From an uncultured virus (IMG/VR IMGVR_UViG_3300035663_000008) (taxonomy: Duplodnaviria > Heunggongvirae > Uroviricota > Caudoviricetes), in IMG/VR virus record IMGVR_UViG_3300035663_000008: a stretch of 64,000 nucleotides of DNA; one strand, written 5' to 3'. Under the pieces are notes generated by a model, which ran no database searches, was not told where the DNA came from, and saw only the letters and a program-made list of their open reading frames with translations. A program made the position numbers and the translations under genes. This document shows, one piece after another, positions 49,572-58,169 of the stretch. Position 1 is the stretch's first letter, and every line of letters starts with the position of its first letter.

Positions 49572-49703
49572 ATGGCAAAGAATTCACGGAGCGGAAAAGG
49601 CACAGGCGGATTCGCAAGCGCAAAGACCCGCCGCACCCGCAAGGCAGCAGTACTACGCAAGAGCGCAAACCGCGCTCGTAACGCAGCAGCAAAGGCACGG
49701 TAA
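49572..49703 (+). CDS. 43-aa highly basic peptide, absent from ORF track
   Basis: MAKNSRSGKGTGGFASAKTRRTRKAAVLRKSANRARNAAAKAR; fills the gap; TAATG coupling to next gene. Confidence 0.65.
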   Translation: MAKNSRSGKGTGGFASAKTRRTRKAAVLRKSANRARNAAAKAR

Positions 49704-50125
49704 TGGCATCAGCGTACTACGACATCAACGCACAACAGCACTCCACGCTCAACTTTCACGCAGAGTATTACGATGACAATGGAAACGCTGTTGACCTGAC
49801 GGGATACACTGCGCGGTTCCATGTGCGTCCAAACAATGACTCGTCCAAACTGTACCTGATGATTACCACATCAGGCGTGACGAGTGGCGGCTCCACTGGC
49901 GAGTTTGGTGCAACCGCTGGCATCAGCGGCAGCGGCGGCATCTCCCTCAACAGGGGTGAAACAGGCGGTGTTTTCACTGGCGGCATCCTCATCACCGCCG
50001 ATGCCACCACGATGGGTTATGTTCGTTCAGGATCATGGAAGTATTCTTTGGACATCACAAAGGGTGTCACTACGGATGAACTCATGCAAGGACAGTTCGT
50101 GGTGGCTCCGAAGAACACCCGATGA
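49703..50125 (+). CDS. Probable virion structural protein
   Basis: AVDLTGYTARFHVR...WKYSLDI...QGQFVVAP pattern seen in small baseplate/adaptor proteins. Confidence 0.6.
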   Translation: MASAYYDINAQQHSTLNFHAEYYDDNGNAVDLTGYTARFHVRPNNDSSKLYLMITTSGVTSGGSTGEFGATAGISGSGGISLNRGETGGVFTGGILITADATTMGYVRSGSWKYSLDITKGVTTDELMQGQFVVAPKNTR

Positions 50126-50337
50126 AACTGAAGGTAAAAGAAACCTCCTATGCCGCCAATCCCAAGCAGGACGAGGGCAAACTACTGGTGCGTTATCATC
50201 AGTTCACCGTGAAGCCCAAGCCGCGTGGAGTGAAGATATACCAAGACAAACTCACCGCCGTGCTGAAGCACGACAGACGCAGCGGTGTGCGGATTCAAAA
50301 AGTAAAGAACAACAAGATTCTGAAGCAGTGGGATTGA
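50122..50337 (+). CDS. Hypothetical basic protein (71 aa)
   Basis: ATGA overlap with previous gene. Confidence 0.55.
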   Translation: MKLKVKETSYAANPKQDEGKLLVRYHQFTVKPKPRGVKIYQDKLTAVLKHDRRSGVRIQKVKNNKILKQWD

Positions 50338-50361
50338 CTCCTCTGCTTCTTGTGATACAAT
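50334..50361 (+). promoter_or_regulatory. Sigma70-like promoter TTGACT-N16-TACAAT with extended -10 TG
   Basis: Before dUTPase RBS AAGGAG. Confidence 0.65.
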
Positions 50362-50382
50362 CCCCTCAAAGGAGACTTCATC

Positions 50383-50955
50383 ATGGACAAGCCAACACTT
50401 GGTTTCTATCTCATTCCCGACACAGGCGCATCAGTTCCTGAATTTGCCACAGACGGCTCTGCGTGTTTTGACATCTGCGCTCGTTTCCACTACGACCGCG
50501 AAAACTCGGAAGCAGATTGGGAAGCCCACAAGCCCGTAGTCGCATACGGTCCACAGAATATAAAGAGTGAAATCTATCCCACGCAGGGAGTGCTTGATGT
50601 TCCTGCGGGATGGCGATTCCTTGTTCCCACGGGACTCATCCTAGACATCCCTGAAGGCTATTCGGTGCGCCTCCATGCCCGTAGCGGACTTGCCCTGAAG
50701 GAGGGCTTGGTGCTTGCGAATGCGGAGGGCGTGATTGACTCCGACTACACCGATGAACTCAAGGTCATGGTGACCGCCATGAGCAACTGCTTGGTGAGCA
50801 TCCCCAACGGATCGCGCATCTGCCAAGCGGAACTGGTGCGGAATCAGCCTGTGGAGTTCAGCAAGATTGACCACCCGCCGCTGAAGAAGACGCAGCGAGA
50901 AGGCGGATTCGGCAGCACGGGACAGTTTTCATGGGACGCTAACAAGGGAGCCTAA
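50383..50955 (+). CDS. dut: Trimeric dUTPase
   Basis: ATDGSACFD, ARSGL, GVIDSDY, RICQ, REGGFGSTG. Confidence 0.93.
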   Translation: MDKPTLGFYLIPDTGASVPEFATDGSACFDICARFHYDRENSEADWEAHKPVVAYGPQNIKSEIYPTQGVLDVPAGWRFLVPTGLILDIPEGYSVRLHARSGLALKEGLVLANAEGVIDSDYTDELKVMVTAMSNCLVSIPNGSRICQAELVRNQPVEFSKIDHPPLKKTQREGGFGSTGQFSWDANKGA

Positions 50956-50956
50956 T

Positions 50957-51328
50957 ATGACACGCGATGAACTACTGAAGTTTCACGAAGAGATCACGAA
51001 GCAAGCCCGCGAACTGATGAGCAAGAAGAACCGCGACTACGCTGGCAAGGAAGGAGTTGAGCCTTTTGCCAACTTTACCCGCGTTGAGTCTATGGGCATC
51101 TGCAAGACTGAGCAGGGTTTCATGGTGCGGTTAACCGACAAGATGAGCCGCCTGTCCTCTTTCATCCACGCAGGAAAGATGAATGTGCAGGACGAGTCCT
51201 TCATGGACACCTGCGTGGATGTGATCAACTACATGGTGCTGCTTGCCGCATATTTAAAAGACAAAGATGCAGAAAATACCTCCAAACCCCTTGACTCAAA
51301 TATTAGTGGCGGTAAGATTGGGGCATGA
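50957..51328 (+). CDS. DUF1599 / nucleotide-modification-associated domain protein
   Basis: KKNRDYA, PFANF, RLTDKMSRL, DES..DT..D..NY. Confidence 0.7.
   Translation: MTRDELLKFHEEITKQARELMSKKNRDYAGKEGVEPFANFTRVESMGICKTEQGFMVRLTDKMSRLSSFIHAGKMNVQDESFMDTCVDVINYMVLLAAYLKDKDAENTSKPLDSNISGGKIGA
51291..51318 (+). promoter_or_regulatory. Sigma70-like promoter TTGACT-N16-TAAGAT
   Basis: 6 nt before the uvsE ATG. Confidence 0.5.
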
Positions 51329-52254
51329 TCCGACACCTCGGCTACGCTTGCCAAAATCTGTCTCTGTGTGAAGGGCGCAAGGCAAAGGACAGACTCTTCA
51401 CCGACCGTACCTTGCGTATGGATCGGTTTTCCATAGAGAGGGTGGGGGAACTTGGTGCGCGGAACGCCGCCGACCTTCTCCCCATCCTCGAATGGAATGT
51501 AGCCAACGGCATCAAGTTCTTCCGTATTGGCAGCGGGATGTTTCCGTTCATGGATCACCCCACGCTTGGCTACGAGATCACGGACTTACTGCCTGAACAC
51601 GAAGCCTCCATCCGCGCATCGCTGATCATGGCGGGTTGGTACGCCAAGCAGAACAAGATGCGCCTGTCGTGCCATCCTGGTCCGTACACTTGCATTGCCT
51701 CGCCTGATCCCCACACGGTGGAGAAAAGTGTGAAGTCTTTGGCTATGCACTCACTGATTGCCGACATTTTGGGCTACGAGGACGAGTTTGCCATCAACAT
51801 CCACATGGGCGGCGTGTACGGCGACAAGCACAAGACGGCTGATCGCTTCCTGCGCGAGTTCTCCCGACTTCCCGACAGCATCAAGCGGCGGCTCACCCTT
51901 GAGAACGATGACAAGCCCACGATGTGGAGCATGACTGAACTGTACACCCAAGTGGCAAAGCACTGCCCCGTGAAGTTGGTGTTGGACATCCACCACCACC
52001 GCTTCTGCCATCGGGAGTCGCTGCTTGAGGCAGCAGACATGGCGTTCCGCACATGGCAGGGGTTCTGTGAAATTCCGAAGGTACACTACTCAGAGTCCAA
52101 GGCGGGAGCGCGACCGCAAGCCCACTCGGACTACATTCGTGAAGAAATTCCTCTGCTGTCGGATACAGTAGAGTACGATGTGATGATTGAAGCCAAGGCA
52201 AAGGACTTGGCACTGCTTGAATACAGAAAGGTTCACACACCATGTTTGGTTTGA
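51325..52254 (+). CDS. uvsE: UV damage endonuclease UvsE/UVDE
   Basis: LGYAC, FFRIGS, RLSCHPG, NIHMGG, LTLENDD, LDIHHH, HYSES, AHSDYI, MIEAKAKD. Confidence 0.93.
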   Translation: MIRHLGYACQNLSLCEGRKAKDRLFTDRTLRMDRFSIERVGELGARNAADLLPILEWNVANGIKFFRIGSGMFPFMDHPTLGYEITDLLPEHEASIRASLIMAGWYAKQNKMRLSCHPGPYTCIASPDPHTVEKSVKSLAMHSLIADILGYEDEFAINIHMGGVYGDKHKTADRFLREFSRLPDSIKRRLTLENDDKPTMWSMTELYTQVAKHCPVKLVLDIHHHRFCHRESLLEAADMAFRTWQGFCEIPKVHYSESKAGARPQAHSDYIREEIPLLSDTVEYDVMIEAKAKDLALLEYRKVHTPCLV

Positions 52255-52628
52255 TTCTGTCCACCGTTCTCTGCCTTGTTCCCCCCACCGTCGATACCCG
52301 TCCTCTGCTTGATGCCATGTATGCAGTGGAGTCCAATCGCGGCAAGAATCTTGTTGGTGACGGCGGGAAGGCGATTGGTCCGTATCAGATTTGGCGTGAG
52401 TACTGGCAGGACGCTGTGGAACACGACCCGTCCATCGGCGGGAAGTACGAAGACTGCATGAACAAGGCGTATGCCGAAAAGATCATCCGTGCGTATTGGG
52501 CGCGATACGCACCGAAGGGTGCGACCATTGAGCAGTTGGCGCGGATTCACAATGGTGGACCTAAGGGACATAAGCGTAGCGCGACCGTGAAGTATTGGAA
52601 CAAGATTGTAAAGGAGATGACCAAGTGA
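52242..52628 (+). CDS. Lysozyme-superfamily muramidase/transglycosylase with hydrophobic N-terminus
   Basis: AVES catalytic Glu, AIGPYQI..EYWQD, LARIHNGGPKG, YWNKI. Confidence 0.75.
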   Translation: MFGLILSTVLCLVPPTVDTRPLLDAMYAVESNRGKNLVGDGGKAIGPYQIWREYWQDAVEHDPSIGGKYEDCMNKAYAEKIIRAYWARYAPKGATIEQLARIHNGGPKGHKRSATVKYWNKIVKEMTK

Positions 52629-53020
52629 GTAACCCATTTGGATATTCGTATTACCTTGATATGTACCGTTGCCGCATCGGTGCAGCCGATGACTTGGAAC
52701 TGCACTACCGCTTTCTTGAGCGCGTTGTGGACAAAATCGGCATGACCCGCATGAGTCAGCCTTTCGTGATCCATGCTCCCACCCACAACGGTGTGGAAGT
52801 GTACCCCAACAAGACAGGGGTGAGCGGTTGGGTTCCGCTTATTGAGAGCGGTATTCAGATCCACTCTATTGAACCAACCCACTTCATCACGCTTGATGTG
52901 TACTCCTGCAACAAGTTTGACAAGCAGATCATTCTTGACTACGCACGGGAGTGCTTTGGATTCCAACAGCACGAAGAGCGGTACTTTGAGCGCGGTGTGG
53001 GATACGGGAATATCAGATGA
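52625..53020 (+). CDS. speD: S-adenosylmethionine decarboxylase proenzyme family
   Basis: GVSGWVPLIE-SGIQIH self-cleavage site, LDVYSC. Confidence 0.8.
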   Translation: MSNPFGYSYYLDMYRCRIGAADDLELHYRFLERVVDKIGMTRMSQPFVIHAPTHNGVEVYPNKTGVSGWVPLIESGIQIHSIEPTHFITLDVYSCNKFDKQIILDYARECFGFQQHEERYFERGVGYGNIR

Positions 53021-53042
53021 TTATCATAAAGGATATCAGCAA

Positions 53043-53627
53043 GTGAAAATATCTTCAATTTATTCGTTCAATGGTGGTGTAGAGTTTATGAACGAACATC
53101 ATAGTTGTGAGTTAAAACAAATTCAGACAGTTATAGAAAAGATAAATGCTCGTAAGTTTAAAACGAAGGTTAGCAAAGAGAAGACGATCAAAGGAAAACT
53201 TCTGTATAGTCAGGCGAAATTGAATTCGGAGTTTAAAAGACTCTTCGGAACACAAGATATTGGTGGTGGGTGGGAAAGAAAAAGAATAGGCTGTGATTAT
53301 GTTCCTCTTCAGTACAAGGACGGGTTTGTGCCCCAAACCAGATGTTTGAAAGGTTTCAGAGAAATTGATTTTGTAAAATCAAAAGTTGGAGTGGAAGTTC
53401 AGTTTGGTAAATATTCATTCATGGTCTATGACATTCTAGGAAAGATTCCAATTTTTAAGAAACTAGGATTGATAGACTGTGGTGTAGAAATAGTTCCAAC
53501 AAAAAGATTTGCGGAATCTATGTGTACTGGTGTATCATGTTACGAACAATTAGTGTGGGATTTGAACATGATAGGAAACACATCCCCTTCTGTTCCAGTT
53601 GTCGTTATAGGAATATCAGATAAGTAG
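53043..53627 (+). CDS. BglII/BstYI-family restriction endonuclease
   Basis: KTKVSKEK, REIDFVKSKVGVEVQFGKYSF..YD, GVEIVP; GTG start after AAGGA; AT-rich. Confidence 0.8.
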   Translation: MKISSIYSFNGGVEFMNEHHSCELKQIQTVIEKINARKFKTKVSKEKTIKGKLLYSQAKLNSEFKRLFGTQDIGGGWERKRIGCDYVPLQYKDGFVPQTRCLKGFREIDFVKSKVGVEVQFGKYSFMVYDILGKIPIFKKLGLIDCGVEIVPTKRFAESMCTGVSCYEQLVWDLNMIGNTSPSVPVVVIGISDK

Positions 53628-53648
53628 AATTAAGTGGAATAATAGTAT

Positions 53649-54815
53649 ATGAACACACACCGCATCATTCTTGGCGATTGTATTACGGGCATGAAGACGC
53701 TGCCTGACGGCTGCGTTCAGACTTGCATTACATCCCCACCGTACTTTGGCTTGCGTGACTATGGAACAGGATCGTGGGAAGGAGGCGACATAGAATGCGA
53801 TCATATTGATACTACTGCAATGGCAGAAAGGCTTCGGCAAAAGAAGTCTATGATTGCTGTTGGTGAACGAATGGATGGCAGTACAAGAACTCGTATTCAC
53901 GATGAGCAGATTGGACAGGGAATTCAATATAACCATTCTTGCAAAAAGTGTGGCGCAAAACGAGTAGATTCTCAAATTGGTCAGGAGGACACCGTGGACG
54001 GCTATGTGCAGAAGATGACCGAAGTGTTCCGCGAGGTGCGCCGCATCCTGCGTGATGACGGTACGCTGTGGCTGAATCTTGGTGACTCGTACATGGCTGC
54101 AAAGAATGTTGCACCGCCTCCACAGACCATCGGAGGTCAGCGTGGAATGCCATCGGATTTTGTACCAGGCAATCGCAAGGATCAGAAGGGGCTGAAGACC
54201 AAGGACTTGATCGGTATTCCTTGGCGCGTAGCCTTTGCACTGCAAGCAGACGGATGGTATCTGCGACAGGACATTATTTGGAGCAAGCCCAATCCCATGC
54301 CTGAAAGCGTGGAAGACCGCTGCACGAAGTCGCATGAGTACATCTTCCTGCTGTCTAAGAAGCCGAAGTACTACTACGATCACGAAGCGATCAAGGAACC
54401 ACTGGCAGAAAGTTCCGTTTCACGACTACAACAGAACATCCAATCACAAACTGGTTCTACCCGAGCAAACGGTGGAGCAAAGACCAACGGCAACATGAAG
54501 GCTGTTGGTAATTTGAGTAGTGGACTAAAAAACAAGCGGTCTGTCTGGACGGTAAACTCAAAAGGCTACAAGGGCGCACACTTTGCGGTGTACCCCGAGA
54601 ACCTGATTGAGCCGTGTGTGCTGGCAGGATGTCCTGTGGGAGGAACGGTGTTTGATCCGTTCACGGGCAGCGGCACCACTGCTGTTGTGGCACTGAAGAA
54701 CGGACGAAACTATATCGGGACTGAATTGAATTCTGAATATGTGAAGATTGCGGAAGAGCGGATTAAAGAATCCGTTCCACAAACCCTAGAGGAGATTTTA
54801 AATGAGCAAGTTTAA
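53649..54815 (+). CDS. Beta-class N4-cytosine/N6-adenine DNA methyltransferase
   Basis: TSPPY motif IV first, LWLNLGD, IIWSKPN, HFAVYP, DPFTGSGTT motif I last. Confidence 0.93.
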   Translation: MNTHRIILGDCITGMKTLPDGCVQTCITSPPYFGLRDYGTGSWEGGDIECDHIDTTAMAERLRQKKSMIAVGERMDGSTRTRIHDEQIGQGIQYNHSCKKCGAKRVDSQIGQEDTVDGYVQKMTEVFREVRRILRDDGTLWLNLGDSYMAAKNVAPPPQTIGGQRGMPSDFVPGNRKDQKGLKTKDLIGIPWRVAFALQADGWYLRQDIIWSKPNPMPESVEDRCTKSHEYIFLLSKKPKYYYDHEAIKEPLAESSVSRLQQNIQSQTGSTRANGGAKTNGNMKAVGNLSSGLKNKRSVWTVNSKGYKGAHFAVYPENLIEPCVLAGCPVGGTVFDPFTGSGTTAVVALKNGRNYIGTELNSEYVKIAEERIKESVPQTLEEILNEQV

Positions 54816-55065
54816 GCCTATTGGAAAATGGATTTGGGTGCAATCGCACCTTGGCGGTCAGAAGGAAACCGAAGCAGGCATCATCTACAATGAAGTAGTG
54901 AAAACACAGTACATTTGGGCTACGGTTGTCGGAATTGGTGATAAGATAACGGAAGACATCAAGGTTGGAGACAAGGTTCTGTGGGATCGCACCAAGAACC
55001 AAGGTCAGGGACATGATGGCAGGGACATGGTTCATCAGGACTGGATTGCACTCGTTGAGCGTTAA
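54802..55065 (+). CDS. groES: Co-chaperonin GroES-like protein
   Basis: FKPIGKWI, ETEAGII, TVVGIG, IKVGDKVL. Confidence 0.75.
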   Translation: MSKFKPIGKWIWVQSHLGGQKETEAGIIYNEVVKTQYIWATVVGIGDKITEDIKVGDKVLWDRTKNQGQGHDGRDMVHQDWIALVER

Positions 55066-55073
55066 GGAGCATC

Positions 55074-57626
55074 GTGGACTTCTACACTTCCGTTGACATT
55101 CGTGGCAAGAACATCCTGTACCGTGGATGGAAGAACGGGCAGCGTCAGCACCTCCGTGTGCCGTTCTGCCCTACCCTCTACATCCCGTCCAAGGACGCAG
55201 GAGAGTTCACCACCATCAACGGCAAGCCCGTGCAGCCCATTCAGTTTGACGGCATCGGGGAAGCCCGCGAGTTCATTGACCGTTTCAAGGATGTCTCCAA
55301 CTACGACATCTACGGAAACACCAACTTTGTGTATCAGTACCTTTACAAGGAGTTTCCCAATGAAGTCGATTACGACTTCAGCAGCCTCCGCATAGCCAAC
55401 TTGGACATTGAGACATCGTGTGACGGCGGTTTTCCCACGCCATCCTCTCCCACGGAGCGGGTCATTGCAATCACGATCTCAATGAGTGACAAGACCTATG
55501 TGCTAGGCTTGGGAGACTTTCATATTGACGGCGAGGGAGTTTCCTGCATTCCTTATGATGACGAGCAAGAACTGCTTGCAGGGTTCATTGAACTGTGGAG
55601 GTTCCTTGATCCCGACATCGTGACAGGGTGGAACATCCGCTTCTTTGATATTCCGTACCTTGTGGCGCGGATGAACTACCTTGAAGAAGGATGGGGGAAC
55701 TCCCTCTCGCCGTGGGGCAAACTACGCGAGACTGTGGTGAATCGCATGGGACGCGACCAGACCGCGTATGTGATCAGCGGCGTTGCCACGCTTGACTACT
55801 TTGAACTGTATCAGACTTTCACCTATGTGAAGCAGGAGTCATACTCCCTCAATCACATTTCCAAGGTGGAGTTGGGCGAAGAGAAACTGTCGTATGCGGA
55901 ATACGAAACCATTCAGGAGTTCTACACACAGAACTTTCAGCGGTTCATGGAGTATAACTTCCAAGATGTGCGGCTCGTTGATCGCCTTGAATCCAAACTG
56001 AAACTGCTGGAACTGGCGGTGGCGTTGGCGTATTCGGCGCGGGTGAACTTTGAGGATGTGTTCTCTCAAGTCCGCACATGGGATGCCATCATCCACCACC
56101 ACCTGATGAGCAAGGGCATGGTGATTCCGCAGAAGACCGATCAGAAGAAGGATGATCAGTACGCGGGTGCGTATGTGATGAATCCCATCGTGGGCAAGCA
56201 CGATTGGGTGGTGAGTTTTGACTTGAACTCGCTGTATCCGCACCTCATCATGCAGTACAACATCTCTCCCGAGACAAAAGACACCAATCCCGTGTGGCGG
56301 CGCGGAGCCATCTCTCCCGAGTCCATGTTGGCACGGAATCGCGGGGAAGCGGTGAAGGATTTCATTGATCCTGCGGAATATCTGAACTCCGCGAAGGCAG
56401 ACGGCGTGAGCGTGGCGGCGAACGGCGTTGCGTTCGTGCGCGACCGCCAAGGCTTCCTGCCCGAACTCATGGAGAAGATGTACGCAGAACGCAAGCACTA
56501 CAAGAGCCTGATGATCGCAGCACAGAAGCGGTTGGTGGACTTGGACAAGAACGCTCCCGCCGAAGAGCGGCGCAAGATTGAGTACGAGATTTCCAAGTAC
56601 CACAACTTCCAGTTGGTGCGGAAGATTCAGTTGAACTCCGCATACGGCGCAATCGGCAATCAGTACTTCAGATTCTTTGATGTGGCACTTGCGGAAGCCA
56701 TCACGCTTTCGGGGCAGTTGAACATTCAGTGGATCGGTGACGCGCTGAACAAGTTCCTGAACCGCATCCTGAAGACGGAGGGCGAGGTGTATGTGATCTA
56801 CATGGACACGGACTCCGTATACTTGAGACTTGGCAAGGTGGTGGATTCGTCTTTCAAGGGCGAACGCGACACGCAACGGGTGGTGGACTTCCTGAACGGA
56901 TTCTGTGAGCGGGTGATACAGCCACAGATTGAGCGGGAGTTCGCCACCCTTGCGGACTGCATGAACGCCTACTCCAACAAGATGGTGATGGGACGCGAAG
57001 TCATTGCGGAGAGCGGCGTGTGGACTGCGAAGAAGCGGTATATGCTGTCGGTGTGGGATGCCGAAGGCGTTCGCTACAAGACCCCGAAGTTCAAGATCAT
57101 GGGCATTGAGACTGCGCGTTCGTCCACTCCTGCGTATGTTCGCAAGGCACTGAAGACTGCCATTGAGATGGTGCTGATGCGTGACGAAGCCACGCTTCAG
57201 GAGTTTGTCCGCAAGACGGAGCGCGAGTTCAAGTCCCTGCCTGTTGAGGAAGTCGCCTCTCCCCGTGGCGTGAACGGCATGGACGAGTACTCGTCACCGC
57301 TCACGATCTACAAGAAGGGAACGCCCATCGCGGTGAAGGCGGCTCTGCTCCACAACGCTCTTGTCAAAAAGATGGGCTTGAGCAAGAAGTACCGCACCAT
57401 CGGTGAAGGCGAGAAGATGAAGTTCATCTACCTGAAGACTCCCAATCCCATCCACGAAGGCGTGATCGGTTTCCCCGTCACCATGCCGAAGGAGTTCGGT
57501 CTTCAGAAATACATTGACTACGACACTCAATTCAAAAAGACTTTCCTTGAGCCTCTACGCGCCATCACCGATGCGATGGGGTGGAGTCCCGAGGAAAGAA
57601 ATAGTCTTGAGTCACTGTTTGCTTGA
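55074..57626 (+). CDS. gp43: Family B DNA polymerase gp43
   Basis: DIET, GWN..FDIPY exonuclease motifs; SFDLNSLYPH, KIQLNSAYG, YMDTDS, KKRY. Confidence 0.98.
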   Translation: MDFYTSVDIRGKNILYRGWKNGQRQHLRVPFCPTLYIPSKDAGEFTTINGKPVQPIQFDGIGEAREFIDRFKDVSNYDIYGNTNFVYQYLYKEFPNEVDYDFSSLRIANLDIETSCDGGFPTPSSPTERVIAITISMSDKTYVLGLGDFHIDGEGVSCIPYDDEQELLAGFIELWRFLDPDIVTGWNIRFFDIPYLVARMNYLEEGWGNSLSPWGKLRETVVNRMGRDQTAYVISGVATLDYFELYQTFTYVKQESYSLNHISKVELGEEKLSYAEYETIQEFYTQNFQRFMEYNFQDVRLVDRLESKLKLLELAVALAYSARVNFEDVFSQVRTWDAIIHHHLMSKGMVIPQKTDQKKDDQYAGAYVMNPIVGKHDWVVSFDLNSLYPHLIMQYNISPETKDTNPVWRRGAISPESMLARNRGEAVKDFIDPAEYLNSAKADGVSVAANGVAFVRDRQGFLPELMEKMYAERKHYKSLMIAAQKRLVDLDKNAPAEERRKIEYEISKYHNFQLVRKIQLNSAYGAIGNQYFRFFDVALAEAITLSGQLNIQWIGDALNKFLNRILKTEGEVYVIYMDTDSVYLRLGKVVDSSFKGERDTQRVVDFLNGFCERVIQPQIEREFATLADCMNAYSNKMVMGREVIAESGVWTAKKRYMLSVWDAEGVRYKTPKFKIMGIETARSSTPAYVRKALKTAIEMVLMRDEATLQEFVRKTEREFKSLPVEEVASPRGVNGMDEYSSPLTIYKKGTPIAVKAALLHNALVKKMGLSKKYRTIGEGEKMKFIYLKTPNPIHEGVIGFPVTMPKEFGLQKYIDYDTQFKKTFLEPLRAITDAMGWSPEERNSLESLFA

Positions 57627-57634
57627 TTCGTTCA

Positions 57635-57641
57635 CTACATA
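57635..57641 (+). promoter_or_regulatory. Late promoter variant CTACATA
   Basis: Intergenic after gp43. Confidence 0.5.
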
Positions 57642-57672
57642 CAGTATCTAACCCCTAACAAAAGGATTCGTA

Positions 57673-57993
57673 ATGGCTACAAAGATCGTGAAGGTTCAGA
57701 CTGGCGAAGAACTCATTGCTTCCGTCACCGAGAATTTTGAAGGCGATACCGTTGTGTCGTATACCCTCAAGAATCCGTGCATGGTTGTTCCCATGCCCAC
57801 AAAGGGCGGCGGTGCAAATATTGCTGTCGTGCCGTGGATGGCTTCCGTGAAGGAGCAGAAGATGACGGTTCCTGCGTCCTATGTGATGTTCACCGCCGAG
57901 CCTGCAACCGATCTTGCAAACGAGTTCAACGGTGCGTTCAACGGGCTTGTGGTTCCCACCGCTGCTTCCGCAGGACTCAAACTCACCACCTGA
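57673..57993 (+). CDS. Conserved T4-like hypothetical protein (KVQTGEELIA family)
   Basis: RBS AAGGA; same N-terminal pattern as 24877. Confidence 0.7.
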   Translation: MATKIVKVQTGEELIASVTENFEGDTVVSYTLKNPCMVVPMPTKGGGANIAVVPWMASVKEQKMTVPASYVMFTAEPATDLANEFNGAFNGLVVPTAASAGLKLTT

Positions 57994-58169
57994 TGAGTAC
58001 CCTAAATCTTGAATACTTGAAAGGTCTTCTCTCAAAAAGAAAAGACCTGCTGCGGCGTGAAACACAGCAGATGATCGTTGACAAACTTACGCCGTTGGAT
58101 ACAATACGGGCTAACGAGTCCGAGATGATGCTCATTGACGCACAGATGAAAGAATTGGAGAAAGCATGA
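57993..58169 (+). CDS. Small hypothetical protein (58 aa)
   Basis: MSTLNLEYLKGLL...; TGATG and ATGA coupling on both sides. Confidence 0.55.
   Translation: MSTLNLEYLKGLLSKRKDLLRRETQQMIVDKLTPLDTIRANESEMMLIDAQMKELEKA

Noticed and set aside
52842..53042. N-terminal extension of the endonuclease in the ORF track
   Set aside because: Overlaps speD out of frame; GTG 53043 with AAGGA matches the composition shift
55839..56876. 345-aa minus-strand ORF, and similar ones at 14877, 18973, 23387, 53616, 58172, 61814
   Set aside because: All lie antisense to well-conserved genes
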